Source of the DNA: a bacterium
GTDB taxonomy: Bacteria > Zhuqueibacterota > Zhuqueibacteria > Residuimicrobiales > Krinioviventaceae
Length of the DNA: 64,000 nt
Reading direction: 5' to 3'
Assembly: GCA_963675755.2 (NCBI GenBank)
Contig: CAXXMD010000002.1
Location: 1,536,001 to 1,600,000 of the forward strand
Shown: positions 50,762 through 59,773 of the stretch, one piece after another
Layout of the letters: the number at the start of each line of letters is the position of its first letter
Position numbering within the stretch: the first letter of the stretch is position 1
Notes under the pieces: generated by a model
Databases searched by the model: none
Seen by the model: only the letters and a program-made list of their open reading frames with translations
What the model was told of the DNA's origin: nothing
Program-made: the position numbers and the translations under genes

Positions 50762-51280
50762 CTATAACAGGGATTTCAATGCCGCAAGTGCCTTGTCATA
50801 ATCCGGATGTGTGGCATTTTCTGAAAGCTGCTCTTTATATCTTACAACCTGGTCCGCGTCTACAATAAAGATCGAGCGGGCCAGCAATCTCAATTCTTTA
50901 ATTACCACTCCATACGACATACCAAATGACAAATCCCGATGATCAGACAGCACTTTGACTTTATCAACGCCTGCGGCACCACACCAGCGTTTTTGAGCAA
51001 AAGGCAAATCAACACTTAATGTCAAGATCTCAACCTGATCGCCCAGCTTTGCGGCTTCTTCATTGAAACGCTTGGTTTGAATGTCACAGATTGAAGTATC
51101 CAAAGAGGTGACTACGTTATATACCTGAATTTTTCCCTTTAAATCTTTGGACGAAAATTCTCCCAAAGCATTATCCAGGACTGTAAAATACGGTGCTTTG
51201 TCCCCTACTTTGACTTCCGTACCCAAAAGGGTTACAGGATTACCGCCAACAGTTAATATATTTTTACGTTCATTACTCAT
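50762..51280 (-). CDS. tpx: Thiol peroxidase (atypical 2-Cys peroxiredoxin)
   Basis: SLDTSICD.QTKRFNEEA, SVDLPFAQKRWCG, RLLARS. Confidence 0.93.
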   Translation of the reverse strand: MSNERKNILTVGGNPVTLLGTEVKVGDKAPYFTVLDNALGEFSSKDLKGKIQVYNVVTSLDTSICDIQTKRFNEEAAKLGDQVEILTLSVDLPFAQKRWCGAAGVDKVKVLSDHRDLSFGMSYGVVIKELRLLARSIFIVDADQVVRYKEQLSENATHPDYDKALAALKSLL

Positions 51281-51356
51281 AATTTTCTCCCAATTTTCTA
51301 GTGCTTTTGGAAGATAAAACGATTAGAAAAATGCAGATATTCCCCCTGATTGCAAC

Positions 51357-52577
51357 TCAGCTCATAAACTGTGTACGTCTTTTAATTTCCTGATCGCTCC
51401 AGCTGCCACAGCCGGGTATCATGGTGCGCACAATGGATACAACATCGGAACTATCTACGAGCCCCAAACGCAGTGCGTGTTTGAGCGGTAAAAAATAATC
51501 TTCCGGAAGCACACGGTAATGTGCCTCACATTGCGGATGCGGTAACGGATGTTTGATCAAACCGGTCATTGCTAAAAAGATACCCACATAATGGCGGTAA
51601 ATCCCTACATTCCCCGGCGTCCAAAAGTCTTTGGCTGCGGCCTGCAGATCCTGCTCAATAGCCAGTGAACAGGGTTTGCCCATCCTTACAAATTCCCGCC
51701 ACAGCTTGAATAGCGTTGGACTGATTTGAGATGCGCCCAATAAATAACCATGCCTTTTCAAATTCTTTCCGTAACGTGCAAGTGCAATAAACCAGTCATT
51801 ACCAGTAGAAAACTGTACCCTGTCAGGGGCCACCTGCTCAACAATACGTAATCGATCGATATCATCACAAAAATCATACTGACAAACAAAATTCGATTTT
51901 CTGCTGATCAACGCACTTTTGTATTCATGGATCTCTGGGGTTTGCGCAATGATAGATTCAATTTCAAAAAGATTAAAGTTTGAACCAAATCCCGGAATAC
52001 CAATATCCAGTTCAAAAAACACAAAACCAAAATCCGTAAATTCAGAGACAACCTTGCCAATTTCACGATACGCTTTAATCTTTTCATCTGACGGAGCGTC
52101 ATACAATCGCTTATCCGGTACCGGCATATAACGAATACGACGGGTTGTTTTGCGTTCTCTCAGGCCGGCATCAATTTCTTTGATCAGCTCACGGGTCTTG
52201 CCTGCTACATCCTTTATATCAAGATCAAAAGGATTGGTATTAAGTCCGGCAACAATGAGTGGTCGGTCACTTGCTATATAGCCTGAATTTTCGGAAGCCA
52301 ATTCGGCGGTTCGCCAGATGAGTCTTTTGGTCAGGTCCCAATCGTTATAAATGGCCCAGGTTGTATCTACATTGGTTGCAGGCACATGCCCGGAGCGCAA
52401 GGCGTCAATAACCAGGTTATCATAACTCTCCCAGTCAAAGTTACCTTTTGGGTCCCACGGCCCATACAGGGCCGTTGTTCCCAGAATTTCTTTATTACAT
52501 TGACGGTCATACACATCCTGAATGGTCACTCCTGTAACCGGAGAATATGCTTGTGTCAATGGAATGCCTTTTGTCAT
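51357..52577 (-). CDS. Divergent dihydrodipicolinate-synthase-family (class I aldolase) protein
   Basis: P...G.FDW, VPATNVDT, FEL, EYK (candidate Schiff-base Lys), TGND, YLLG motifs of the PAVNMDT-type DHDPS-like subfamily. Confidence 0.65.
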   Translation of the reverse strand: MTKGIPLTQAYSPVTGVTIQDVYDRQCNKEILGTTALYGPWDPKGNFDWESYDNLVIDALRSGHVPATNVDTTWAIYNDWDLTKRLIWRTAELASENSGYIASDRPLIVAGLNTNPFDLDIKDVAGKTRELIKEIDAGLRERKTTRRIRYMPVPDKRLYDAPSDEKIKAYREIGKVVSEFTDFGFVFFELDIGIPGFGSNFNLFEIESIIAQTPEIHEYKSALISRKSNFVCQYDFCDDIDRLRIVEQVAPDRVQFSTGNDWFIALARYGKNLKRHGYLLGASQISPTLFKLWREFVRMGKPCSLAIEQDLQAAAKDFWTPGNVGIYRHYVGIFLAMTGLIKHPLPHPQCEAHYRVLPEDYFLPLKHALRLGLVDSSDVVSIVRTMIPGCGSWSDQEIKRRTQFMS

Positions 52578-53824
52578 TAAGGAATTACCCTCAAATTATT
52601 TTTTTGTAAACGTTCCGGTTCCCAATTTGCAGGTACAGGTTTGGGATATTTAAAAAAATCATCAGATTCAACCGGAGCGCCATTATTGGCAGCACTGTCA
52701 TACAGAGCCTCAACCTGACCCAGAATATTCAAAGCATTGACAGCGTCTTTTTCGTATTTTTTACCGGTCAGTATGCAGGTTAAAAAATCAGACAATTCAT
52801 AAGCGAACGGATCATGATACGGGAGATCCAAATATTCCCAATGATCTCTCCACTCTATCTTTTCACCTACAACTGATTTTTCCCAGCGATTTGCAGGTGC
52901 CGTTTCTTTCCACTGTACTTTGAGTCCATAAAGACCGAAAATCATAGAACCCCCTTCACCATCTACTGTGATTTCAAGAGGACCAAACTCGGAATTAACA
53001 CGACGATACCATGACCAGATAGAAGTATTGACTACCCCACTGGTATGTTCACGTCGAAGCGCAGCATAATCTTCAACATCACAATCGATCACAGTCTTCC
53101 CGTCTGTGCTCATTCTTTGAGGAACAATGAGTCTTGCAGAAGCGCTCAATCTCTCGGTTTCACCAAACAACGCATTTGACAAGTATCCTTCATGGCACAT
53201 ATCCAGAATAATACCGCCGCCAGCTTCTTTAAACACCCAGTTAAAATCAGGGCGTTGACCAGAGAATTCAGCATTGCCTTCAAGTCCGGCACCTACTTCA
53301 TAACCAAACAACATCTGGGCGCTAAGGGGTTTGATTTTGGGCATCAGTTCAATGGCTTTCAACAAGCCAGGGGTAGAGATCATGTGATGTACAACACCGT
53401 GGGTAAAACCTCCTTTTTCCATCGCTTCAACAATGGCAAAGCCATCATCATAATTCGATGCCAGGGGTTTTTCCATAAAACAAAAGGTGGTTTTGGAATC
53501 CAATAACGGTAATGTATCAAGTACAACCCGGCGGCGGATACCGGTAGAAATTGTACAATGATAAATCTGAACATCCGGATTTTGACTTTTTGCAAAAGCA
53601 TACGCTTCCGGAATGTTATCATAATAATGTTTCAGTCCTTTTTCTTCTGCAACAGCTTTTACTTTGTCAAGATTACGGCTCACTCCAATTGGCAAGGGTT
53701 TTACAATATCACCGTTAACAATTGTTTTTTCATCATTGGCAATACTATTTAAAGCAGTTAATGCAATTTGTCCCATTCTTCCTGTAACACCATGTATAAT
53801 TACAGGGACAATTATATTTGCCAT
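52577..53824 (-). CDS. Gfo/Idh/MocA family oxidoreductase
   Basis: IIHGVTGRMG, MEKP, QRPDFNW..GGGIILDMCH; stop overlaps the next ATG. Confidence 0.85.
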   Translation of the reverse strand: MANIIVPVIIHGVTGRMGQIALTALNSIANDEKTIVNGDIVKPLPIGVSRNLDKVKAVAEEKGLKHYYDNIPEAYAFAKSQNPDVQIYHCTISTGIRRRVVLDTLPLLDSKTTFCFMEKPLASNYDDGFAIVEAMEKGGFTHGVVHHMISTPGLLKAIELMPKIKPLSAQMLFGYEVGAGLEGNAEFSGQRPDFNWVFKEAGGGIILDMCHEGYLSNALFGETERLSASARLIVPQRMSTDGKTVIDCDVEDYAALRREHTSGVVNTSIWSWYRRVNSEFGPLEITVDGEGGSMIFGLYGLKVQWKETAPANRWEKSVVGEKIEWRDHWEYLDLPYHDPFAYELSDFLTCILTGKKYEKDAVNALNILGQVEALYDSAANNGAPVESDDFFKYPKPVPANWEPERLQKNNLRVIP

Positions 53825-53858
53825 GTTTATGTTCCTCCATCGTGGATTAATATTTATA

Positions 53859-54914
53859 TTACAACAAACCCTGACGATAAGCCATTTCAGCGTTCAAAAT
53901 TGAACCACCGGCTGCACCGCGAACAAGGTTATTTGAAAGTGTTACAAAACGAATAATGTTACCCTCTACCTGCAATCTACCAACAGAGACAGCCATACCC
54001 GCTGCTCGCTCAGGGCTGCCGGCTTTCACATCATAACGATGCTGTGGACGATCAATTTCAGTACGGTAAATAACCGCTTGCTCAGGAGCTGTTGGTAAAC
54101 CAGCAACCTGTTCGGGAGATTTGTAATTCTGAAATGCTGACAGAACTTTATCATATTCCATGTCGTTTTCCATTTCCGCGTGAACAGAGATGAGGTGACC
54201 TACTATTGCCGGAACACGAATACAATGCGCATGGATTTCCCAATCCGCATCCAAAATATGACTATCATTAAAAGTACCACAAATCTTTTTGGTTTCGCTC
54301 AACAGTTTAGGTTCTTCATTGCCGATATAAGGAATCACATTTCCCTGAATATCCATAGCAGACAAACCGGGGTACCCGGCACCAGAGATTGCCTGATAAC
54401 TTGCAACAACGAGGCGTTTAATGCCCATAGGAATAATTGGCAGCAGCGCCATGGTTAATCCTGTGGTAGTACAGTTTGCATTGGTTATGATAAATCCTTC
54501 AGTATCACTTTGTGCTTTTGTCAAACCAATATGCTCATGATTAACTTCCGGTATTAAAATAGGTACATTCTTGTCCATACGATAAGAGCTGGCATTTGAA
54601 AAAACCTTCATACCTTCTTTGGCAGCTTTTTTTTCTATAGTATCTGCAATATCTGCTGGCAATGCTGAAAAGATCACTTTAATCTCTTTTTCCATCAATA
54701 TATCAACATCAATAGGATCAAAAACAAGATCAGCAAACGCTTGAGGAATACCACCATCAATATGCTCTTTCATCTCACCCAGTGTTTTACCTGTTCGAGC
54801 TTCACTGGCACATACAGCACCCAACTCAAAATAGGGATGACCGTTCAAGAGTTTCAAAAAATGCTGGCCTACAACACCGGTTGCACCCAAAACTGCACAT
54901 TTTACTTTTTTCAT
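53859..54914 (-). CDS. asd: Aspartate-semialdehyde dehydrogenase (archaeal/fungal-like type)
   Basis: LGATGVVGQ, SNASSYRM..VPILIPEVN, TNANCTT, QAISGAGYPG, RVP...GH, NLVRGAAG. Confidence 0.93.
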   Translation of the reverse strand: MKKVKCAVLGATGVVGQHFLKLLNGHPYFELGAVCASEARTGKTLGEMKEHIDGGIPQAFADLVFDPIDVDILMEKEIKVIFSALPADIADTIEKKAAKEGMKVFSNASSYRMDKNVPILIPEVNHEHIGLTKAQSDTEGFIITNANCTTTGLTMALLPIIPMGIKRLVVASYQAISGAGYPGLSAMDIQGNVIPYIGNEEPKLLSETKKICGTFNDSHILDADWEIHAHCIRVPAIVGHLISVHAEMENDMEYDKVLSAFQNYKSPEQVAGLPTAPEQAVIYRTEIDRPQHRYDVKAGSPERAAGMAVSVGRLQVEGNIIRFVTLSNNLVRGAAGGSILNAEMAYRQGLL

Positions 54915-54951
54915 AACATCCTCGTTTATTATATGATTTTCATTAAATACT

Positions 54952-54988
54952 AAAAAAAAAGCCCACAGTGTAGTTCTCTGCGGGCTTT
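54952..54988 (-). terminator. Attenuator terminator upstream of asd
   Basis: AAAGCCCGCAG-loop-CTGTGGGC-T9 on the minus strand, between the leader ORF and the asd start. Confidence 0.85.
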
Positions 54989-55010
54989 AAAAACTCTAAT
55001 GGATATAGTA

Positions 55011-55073
55011 TTATAAAGCCCAACTCTTTTTAAAAGTTTTTTTCATGGTTTTCTTTTTCATATCAATAGTCAT
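55011..55073 (-). CDS. Attenuator leader peptide MTIDMKKKTMKKTFKKSWAL (aspartate-family amino acids)
   Basis: 20 codons; 15 of the first 16 are Lys/Met/Thr/Ile/Asp; 3' end GGGCTTTA is complementary to TAAAGCCC of the terminator 5' arm; purine-rich AGAAGAG upstream. Confidence 0.8.
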   Translation of the reverse strand: MTIDMKKKTMKKTFKKSWAL

Positions 55074-55097
55074 AATTTTCTCTTCTATTAGGTTTAT

Positions 55098-55126
55098 AAA
55101 TTACTCATTTCCTGACGAAATGTCAA
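55098..55126 (-). promoter_or_regulatory. Sigma70 promoter of the leader-asd operon
   Basis: TTGACA (55126-55121)-17 nt-TAATTT (55103-55098). Confidence 0.7.
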
Positions 55127-55197
55127 GATTTAATATTGGCTTTTTGAAAAGGAATTCTTATAATATAGTGGTAACTGTTAAATGGAAATGATCAGTA

Positions 55198-55629
55198 TTG
55201 CGAATTGAAATTCAAAAAACAGGATTTACCAAAGTATTACCGGGATTGTTTTTCGCCGTAATTGGCAGCACAGGTGTTGCTGTAATTCATTTTTTTCCAG
55301 AAATATTACATCAAATACCCGCTTGTTTGTTCAGAGAGTTTTTTAATATACCCTGTCCGGCTTGCGGTGCAACTCATAGTGGCATATATCTGGCACATCT
55401 GAACATTCCGGCTGCTCTGTTGGCCAATCCGTTTTTCTTTTTGGTGTATATTTTTATATTCCTGTGGAGTTTGAATGCCCTGGCAGGATTATTGTTTAAG
55501 AAAAATATGCAAATTGTTTTAACATTAAAAGAGCAGACAATCCTTTACCGGATTATTCTCTTTTCTTTTCCACTTAACTGGCTGTTTTTAATTCTCTTTT
55601 CCATTTTTACAGGAAGAAATGGTCAATAA
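55198..55629 (+). CDS. DUF2752 family membrane protein
   Basis: C.F..FFNIPCPACGAT, ANPF. Confidence 0.8.
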   Translation: MRIEIQKTGFTKVLPGLFFAVIGSTGVAVIHFFPEILHQIPACLFREFFNIPCPACGATHSGIYLAHLNIPAALLANPFFFLVYIFIFLWSLNALAGLLFKKNMQIVLTLKEQTILYRIILFSFPLNWLFLILFSIFTGRNGQ

Positions 55630-55672
55630 TTTTGTTAATAATATTTAGAATTTAAATTAATGAACAAGGCAG

Positions 55673-56503
55673 ATGAATAAAATATTAACCGGTGTCACTG
55701 TTGACACATTCGACGGCTTTACTCCCTCATTTCTCATTGGGGGCCTCAAATTACTCGGGCTTGATTTTGTAGAAATCAATAAAACCGTATTTCAGGAAAC
55801 AGAATTATTTGCATCTAAAATCGGGAAAACCAAAACCGGCTTTCACCTCCCCATAATCAGTGAATCCGGGTGGGATCTATCATGTCCCGCTTTTCAAAAT
55901 GAGATTGAAACCCTGATCAACAATCTCAATACCTGGAAAGACAAACTGAACATACAACATGTTGTATCTCATCCAATCGAGTACAGCAAAAGACATCCGA
56001 ATTTAGAGACATCCAGGGATTTTTTAATAAAAAACCTTGAACAAATAGATCTCCCTGTTTATATTGAAAATACTACATTATATACTCCGGAAACATTTCA
56101 GGAATTTTACATTGAAATGAAATCAATCCTAGACAAAAAAGTATCAGGTGTTTGTTTCGACGCTCCCCATCTCTTTATAACCGGGAACGATCCTGTCGAT
56201 TTCTTTAATAAAATGTCTGACAACATTGGTACCATACATTTATCTGATTGTGAAAAAGACAAAGACAGACATCTTACTTTTGGTAAAGGCGTATTACCCA
56301 TTCAAAATATTTTAAAACAGATCAAACATTCAAATTTTTCGGGTTATATTACCCTTGAAATTCAACCCCACTCTATTCAGGATCTCGATCCATATATAAA
56401 CAGTTATTTACAAACAATAAAAGCTGTTAATTATACCAAATATCTAAGAACACGGCTTCGAATGATCTTTTTACAACCTCTGATAAAAAGATTTATTAAC
56501 TAG
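55673..56503 (+). CDS. Sugar phosphate isomerase/epimerase (xylose-isomerase-like TIM barrel)
   Basis: FHLP, IEN, CFDAPH, IHLSD, DRHL.FGKG, TLE. Confidence 0.8.
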   Translation: MNKILTGVTVDTFDGFTPSFLIGGLKLLGLDFVEINKTVFQETELFASKIGKTKTGFHLPIISESGWDLSCPAFQNEIETLINNLNTWKDKLNIQHVVSHPIEYSKRHPNLETSRDFLIKNLEQIDLPVYIENTTLYTPETFQEFYIEMKSILDKKVSGVCFDAPHLFITGNDPVDFFNKMSDNIGTIHLSDCEKDKDRHLTFGKGVLPIQNILKQIKHSNFSGYITLEIQPHSIQDLDPYINSYLQTIKAVNYTKYLRTRLRMIFLQPLIKRFIN

Positions 56504-56716
56504 TCTAGCATGAATACTCGATTCATAATAATATATTCAGCAGCAGAGCTGAAGGATTAATATTTTGAAGAGAATCATCCAGATTTTACTATCCGAAATA
56601 TTTCAATCAATCGAAATTAAATTGAAATTTATCATTATTCTATGGGTTTATAATAATATGAACCTATGGAGCCATTCTAATTAATTATTCTCATAAAATT
56701 ACAGGAGAAATTCAGC

Positions 56717-57856
56717 ATGTCTAATCAATATCAAGCAATTCTTCCCGAGCTCAAAGATAAAATTCTGGGATATCAGCTTGAAAATACTAAAGACACAGAA
56801 ACATTAATTGGGCTTCCCTATCCGTATACCGCATCTGGGCAAGACAAACGTAACGCACTCTATTACTGGGATACGTTTTTCATTAACCAGGCTTTAATTA
56901 AATTTAAATTGGTAGAAAATGCCCGCTACAATGTTGAAAACCTGATCTACCTGTACCGACAATTACATTATATACCAACCTCAAACCATAAACAACCGGC
57001 ACACTATTATCATCCACCTCTAATGCCCTGGATGATTCGTGATGTTTACCGCGCAACGGGAGATAAAGAATGGCTGCGCAGAATGCTGCCACATGCTTTG
57101 GATGAATTCCATACCTGGACTACAAAACCCCATACCTCTCCTTCGGGTTTATTTCGGTACCACGCAAAAGAAGAAAATACACAAAACATTGAAAGTGTTG
57201 ACAAGGGATTAATGTGTTCACTTCGTTTTGACAACTTGAACAATGTAAATCCCGTTGATTTAAATGCAATCCTATATCGAAATGCAAAACTGTTATATGA
57301 TTTGCAAATTGAAGAATCTGGTAAAGGCGATGAAAGTCTGTTGCACAAAAGTCAACAGATTAAGAAACTTTTAGAAATCTGTTGGGACCCCGAAGAAAAT
57401 TTCTACTTTGACAATGATTTTACCAACAAAACTCACATAAAAATCAAATCTCTTTCCGGGTTTATGCCCCTGTTTGTAGAAATGGTTGATGGTGGTCGCG
57501 CAAAGATTCTGATTCAACAGCTTAAGCTTTTTGCACAACCCGGAGGTCTCTCTTTTACTGACAAGGACTATAACTTGACATCAGCCGGTTTGCAATATCC
57601 GTTAACCACTGCTCCCTGTATCTATTTTATCATTAAAGGCTTGTGTGATTATGAATATATGGAAGATGCTCTGGATATTGGTTCAAACTGGCTTGATATG
57701 ATATATGATACTTTTAAAAGCTCGGGAGAAATGTGGGAATGGTACAATACATCCACAAAATCGGTTAAACCTGAAAATGGTATTGCCAATACTCCCGTTA
57801 TGGGCTGGACAGCAGGAACCTACATTGCATTATTAGACACTCTTGGATTACACTAG
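56717..57856 (+). CDS. Trehalase-like (GH37) protein with degenerate active site
   Basis: LPYPYT, LYYWDTFF, PVDLNAILY, FMPLF, MGWTAG; lacks ESGWD and QWD. Confidence 0.75.
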   Translation: MSNQYQAILPELKDKILGYQLENTKDTETLIGLPYPYTASGQDKRNALYYWDTFFINQALIKFKLVENARYNVENLIYLYRQLHYIPTSNHKQPAHYYHPPLMPWMIRDVYRATGDKEWLRRMLPHALDEFHTWTTKPHTSPSGLFRYHAKEENTQNIESVDKGLMCSLRFDNLNNVNPVDLNAILYRNAKLLYDLQIEESGKGDESLLHKSQQIKKLLEICWDPEENFYFDNDFTNKTHIKIKSLSGFMPLFVEMVDGGRAKILIQQLKLFAQPGGLSFTDKDYNLTSAGLQYPLTTAPCIYFIIKGLCDYEYMEDALDIGSNWLDMIYDTFKSSGEMWEWYNTSTKSVKPENGIANTPVMGWTAGTYIALLDTLGLH

Positions 57857-57868
57857 ACTATTACGGAT

Positions 57869-59773
57869 ATGGACACTCAAAAATACTTTATTATTGGAAC
57901 AGCAGGGCACATTGATCATGGCAAATCTGCCATGGTCAAAGCGCTCACGGGAACAGATCCCGACAGGCTTTCAGAGGAACAGGAACGCGGAATGACCATA
58001 GATCTGGGATTCGCGTTTTTGAATGAACAGATAGCAATTATTGACGTACCCGGTCATGAACGGTTTATTAAAAATATGGTGGCTGGTGTCAGCACTATAG
58101 ACATGGTAATGATGGTCATTGCGGCAGATGATGGTGTAATGCCGCAAACCCGTGAGCATTTGGACATTTTGAATGTATTAAATGTTAAACAAGGTATAAT
58201 TGTTATATCCAAAGCTGACCTGGTTGACGATGAATGGTTAGAGATAGTCAAAGAAGATATTGGCACTCTGGTAAAGGGGACTTTTTTACAGGATAAACCC
58301 ATCATCCCTATTTCTTCGGTTAAAGGCACTGGAATTAAAGAGTTGAAACAACTTCTTTTAGATACAGTTTCAACCCTTCCACCTAGAAAAAACCGGGGTG
58401 TATTCTGGATGCCAATTGACCGATCCTTTTCCATCAAAGGATTTGGCACTGTGGTTACCGGCTCTGTATTGTCAGGCAGTCTTCAGCCCGGTAATGTTCT
58501 TGACTTGCTGCCGGAGGGAAAACAGGTCAAGGTTAGGGGCATTCAAACACATGGTAAATCAACAGAAACAGTAAGGCTGGGTGAACGTGCAGCAATAAAC
58601 CTGGCCAACATCTCGAAAGAAGAAATCATTCGGGGAGATGTATTGGCTAGTCCCGAATATTTTACTCCCTCTAACATATTTGATGCAAAGCTGGATATCT
58701 TAAAATCAGCAAAAAAACCGTTAAAAAACAGAGCAAGGGTTAGGGTACATATCGGGACGCGTGAGGTTATTGGCCGCATTCGGATACTGGACCGGGACCT
58801 TATCGCTCCCGGTGAAAACGGGTATGTACAGCTAAAGCTTGAACAAACTGCGGTAGCTATTCGTCGTGATCCGTTTGTGATACGGCAATACTCTCCTGTT
58901 GTGACAATTGGCGGTGGTATCATTCTGGATACCAACCCGAAACACCATAAACGGTTTGATCATGCCATATTGAAAAAACTGCAAACTCTTGAAACAGAAA
59001 ATCCATTAGAGACGCTGAATATCCTTTTAATGAGCAATGCAGAAACAGGTCTGAATCTGAATGAGCTGGAAAAGCAATCAGGCATGGAACAAGGGCCCTT
59101 GATCGAATACCTTGAACAATTGTTAAATCAGGAACAAATTGTTAATTGTGGTTCAAACAAAAAACCGCAATATTTTCCTGCAACCCAAATTGCGCAAACG
59201 CGTGAAACCATTCTGAATCTGTTGCAACAGTTTCACGAGTCTGAGCCATTGAAACCGGGTATGAACAAGGCTGAATTAAAGAAAACAACACGTTCGGCCA
59301 TCTTGTTCGAATTCATTCTGGAATCACTGATTAATGAAGAACTGATTACCATAACATCAAACCGGGTCAAACTGAGCAGCCACAGAATTAAGCTGGATGA
59401 AAAACAGGAAAAAATCGCAGATCAGATAATGGATATGCTGACCAAAGCAGGTTACAGCCCGCCGGGTATTGATGAACTGGCTAAATCAATTGGAAGCCGC
59501 GTTCAGGAGACTGAAAATCTTATTTATGCACTTGAAGGATTGAACAAAGTTGTCAGAGTTGAAGATGATGTTTATTTTACAGCGCCCGCATTAAAAGCTG
59601 CCAGAGAAAAACTGATAAACTTTATCAGGCAGAACAAGGAAATAACTGTAAGCCAATTTCGTGATGAGCTGGACACCTCGCGTAAATATGCTATGGCCCT
59701 TTTACTCTATTTCGACAATATTGGTTTGACGGTACGAGTGGAAGATGTAAGAATTCTGGATCAGGTAATTTGA
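57869..59773 (+). CDS. selB: Selenocysteine-specific translation elongation factor
   Basis: [45 protein letters not shown]-terminal SRKYA winged helix. Confidence 0.96.
   Translation: MDTQKYFIIGTAGHIDHGKSAMVKALTGTDPDRLSEEQERGMTIDLGFAFLNEQIAIIDVPGHERFIKNMVAGVSTIDMVMMVIAADDGVMPQTREHLDILNVLNVKQGIIVISKADLVDDEWLEIVKEDIGTLVKGTFLQDKPIIPISSVKGTGIKELKQLLLDTVSTLPPRKNRGVFWMPIDRSFSIKGFGTVVTGSVLSGSLQPGNVLDLLPEGKQVKVRGIQTHGKSTETVRLGERAAINLANISKEEIIRGDVLASPEYFTPSNIFDAKLDILKSAKKPLKNRARVRVHIGTREVIGRIRILDRDLIAPGENGYVQLKLEQTAVAIRRDPFVIRQYSPVVTIGGGIILDTNPKHHKRFDHAILKKLQTLETENPLETLNILLMSNAETGLNLNELEKQSGMEQGPLIEYLEQLLNQEQIVNCGSNKKPQYFPATQIAQTRETILNLLQQFHESEPLKPGMNKAELKKTTRSAILFEFILESLINEELITITSNRVKLSSHRIKLDEKQEKIADQIMDMLTKAGYSPPGIDELAKSIGSRVQETENLIYALEGLNKVVRVEDDVYFTAPALKAAREKLINFIRQNKEITVSQFRDELDTSRKYAMALLLYFDNIGLTVRVEDVRILDQVI

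Noticed and set aside
54915-55197. Lysine riboswitch or T-box upstream of asd
   Set aside because: Too short and AT-rich, with no L-box or T-box consensus; leader-peptide attenuation explains the structure better.
56504-56716. tRNA-Sec (selC) near selB
   Set aside because: No cloverleaf, UCA anticodon arm or T-loop motif is visible.
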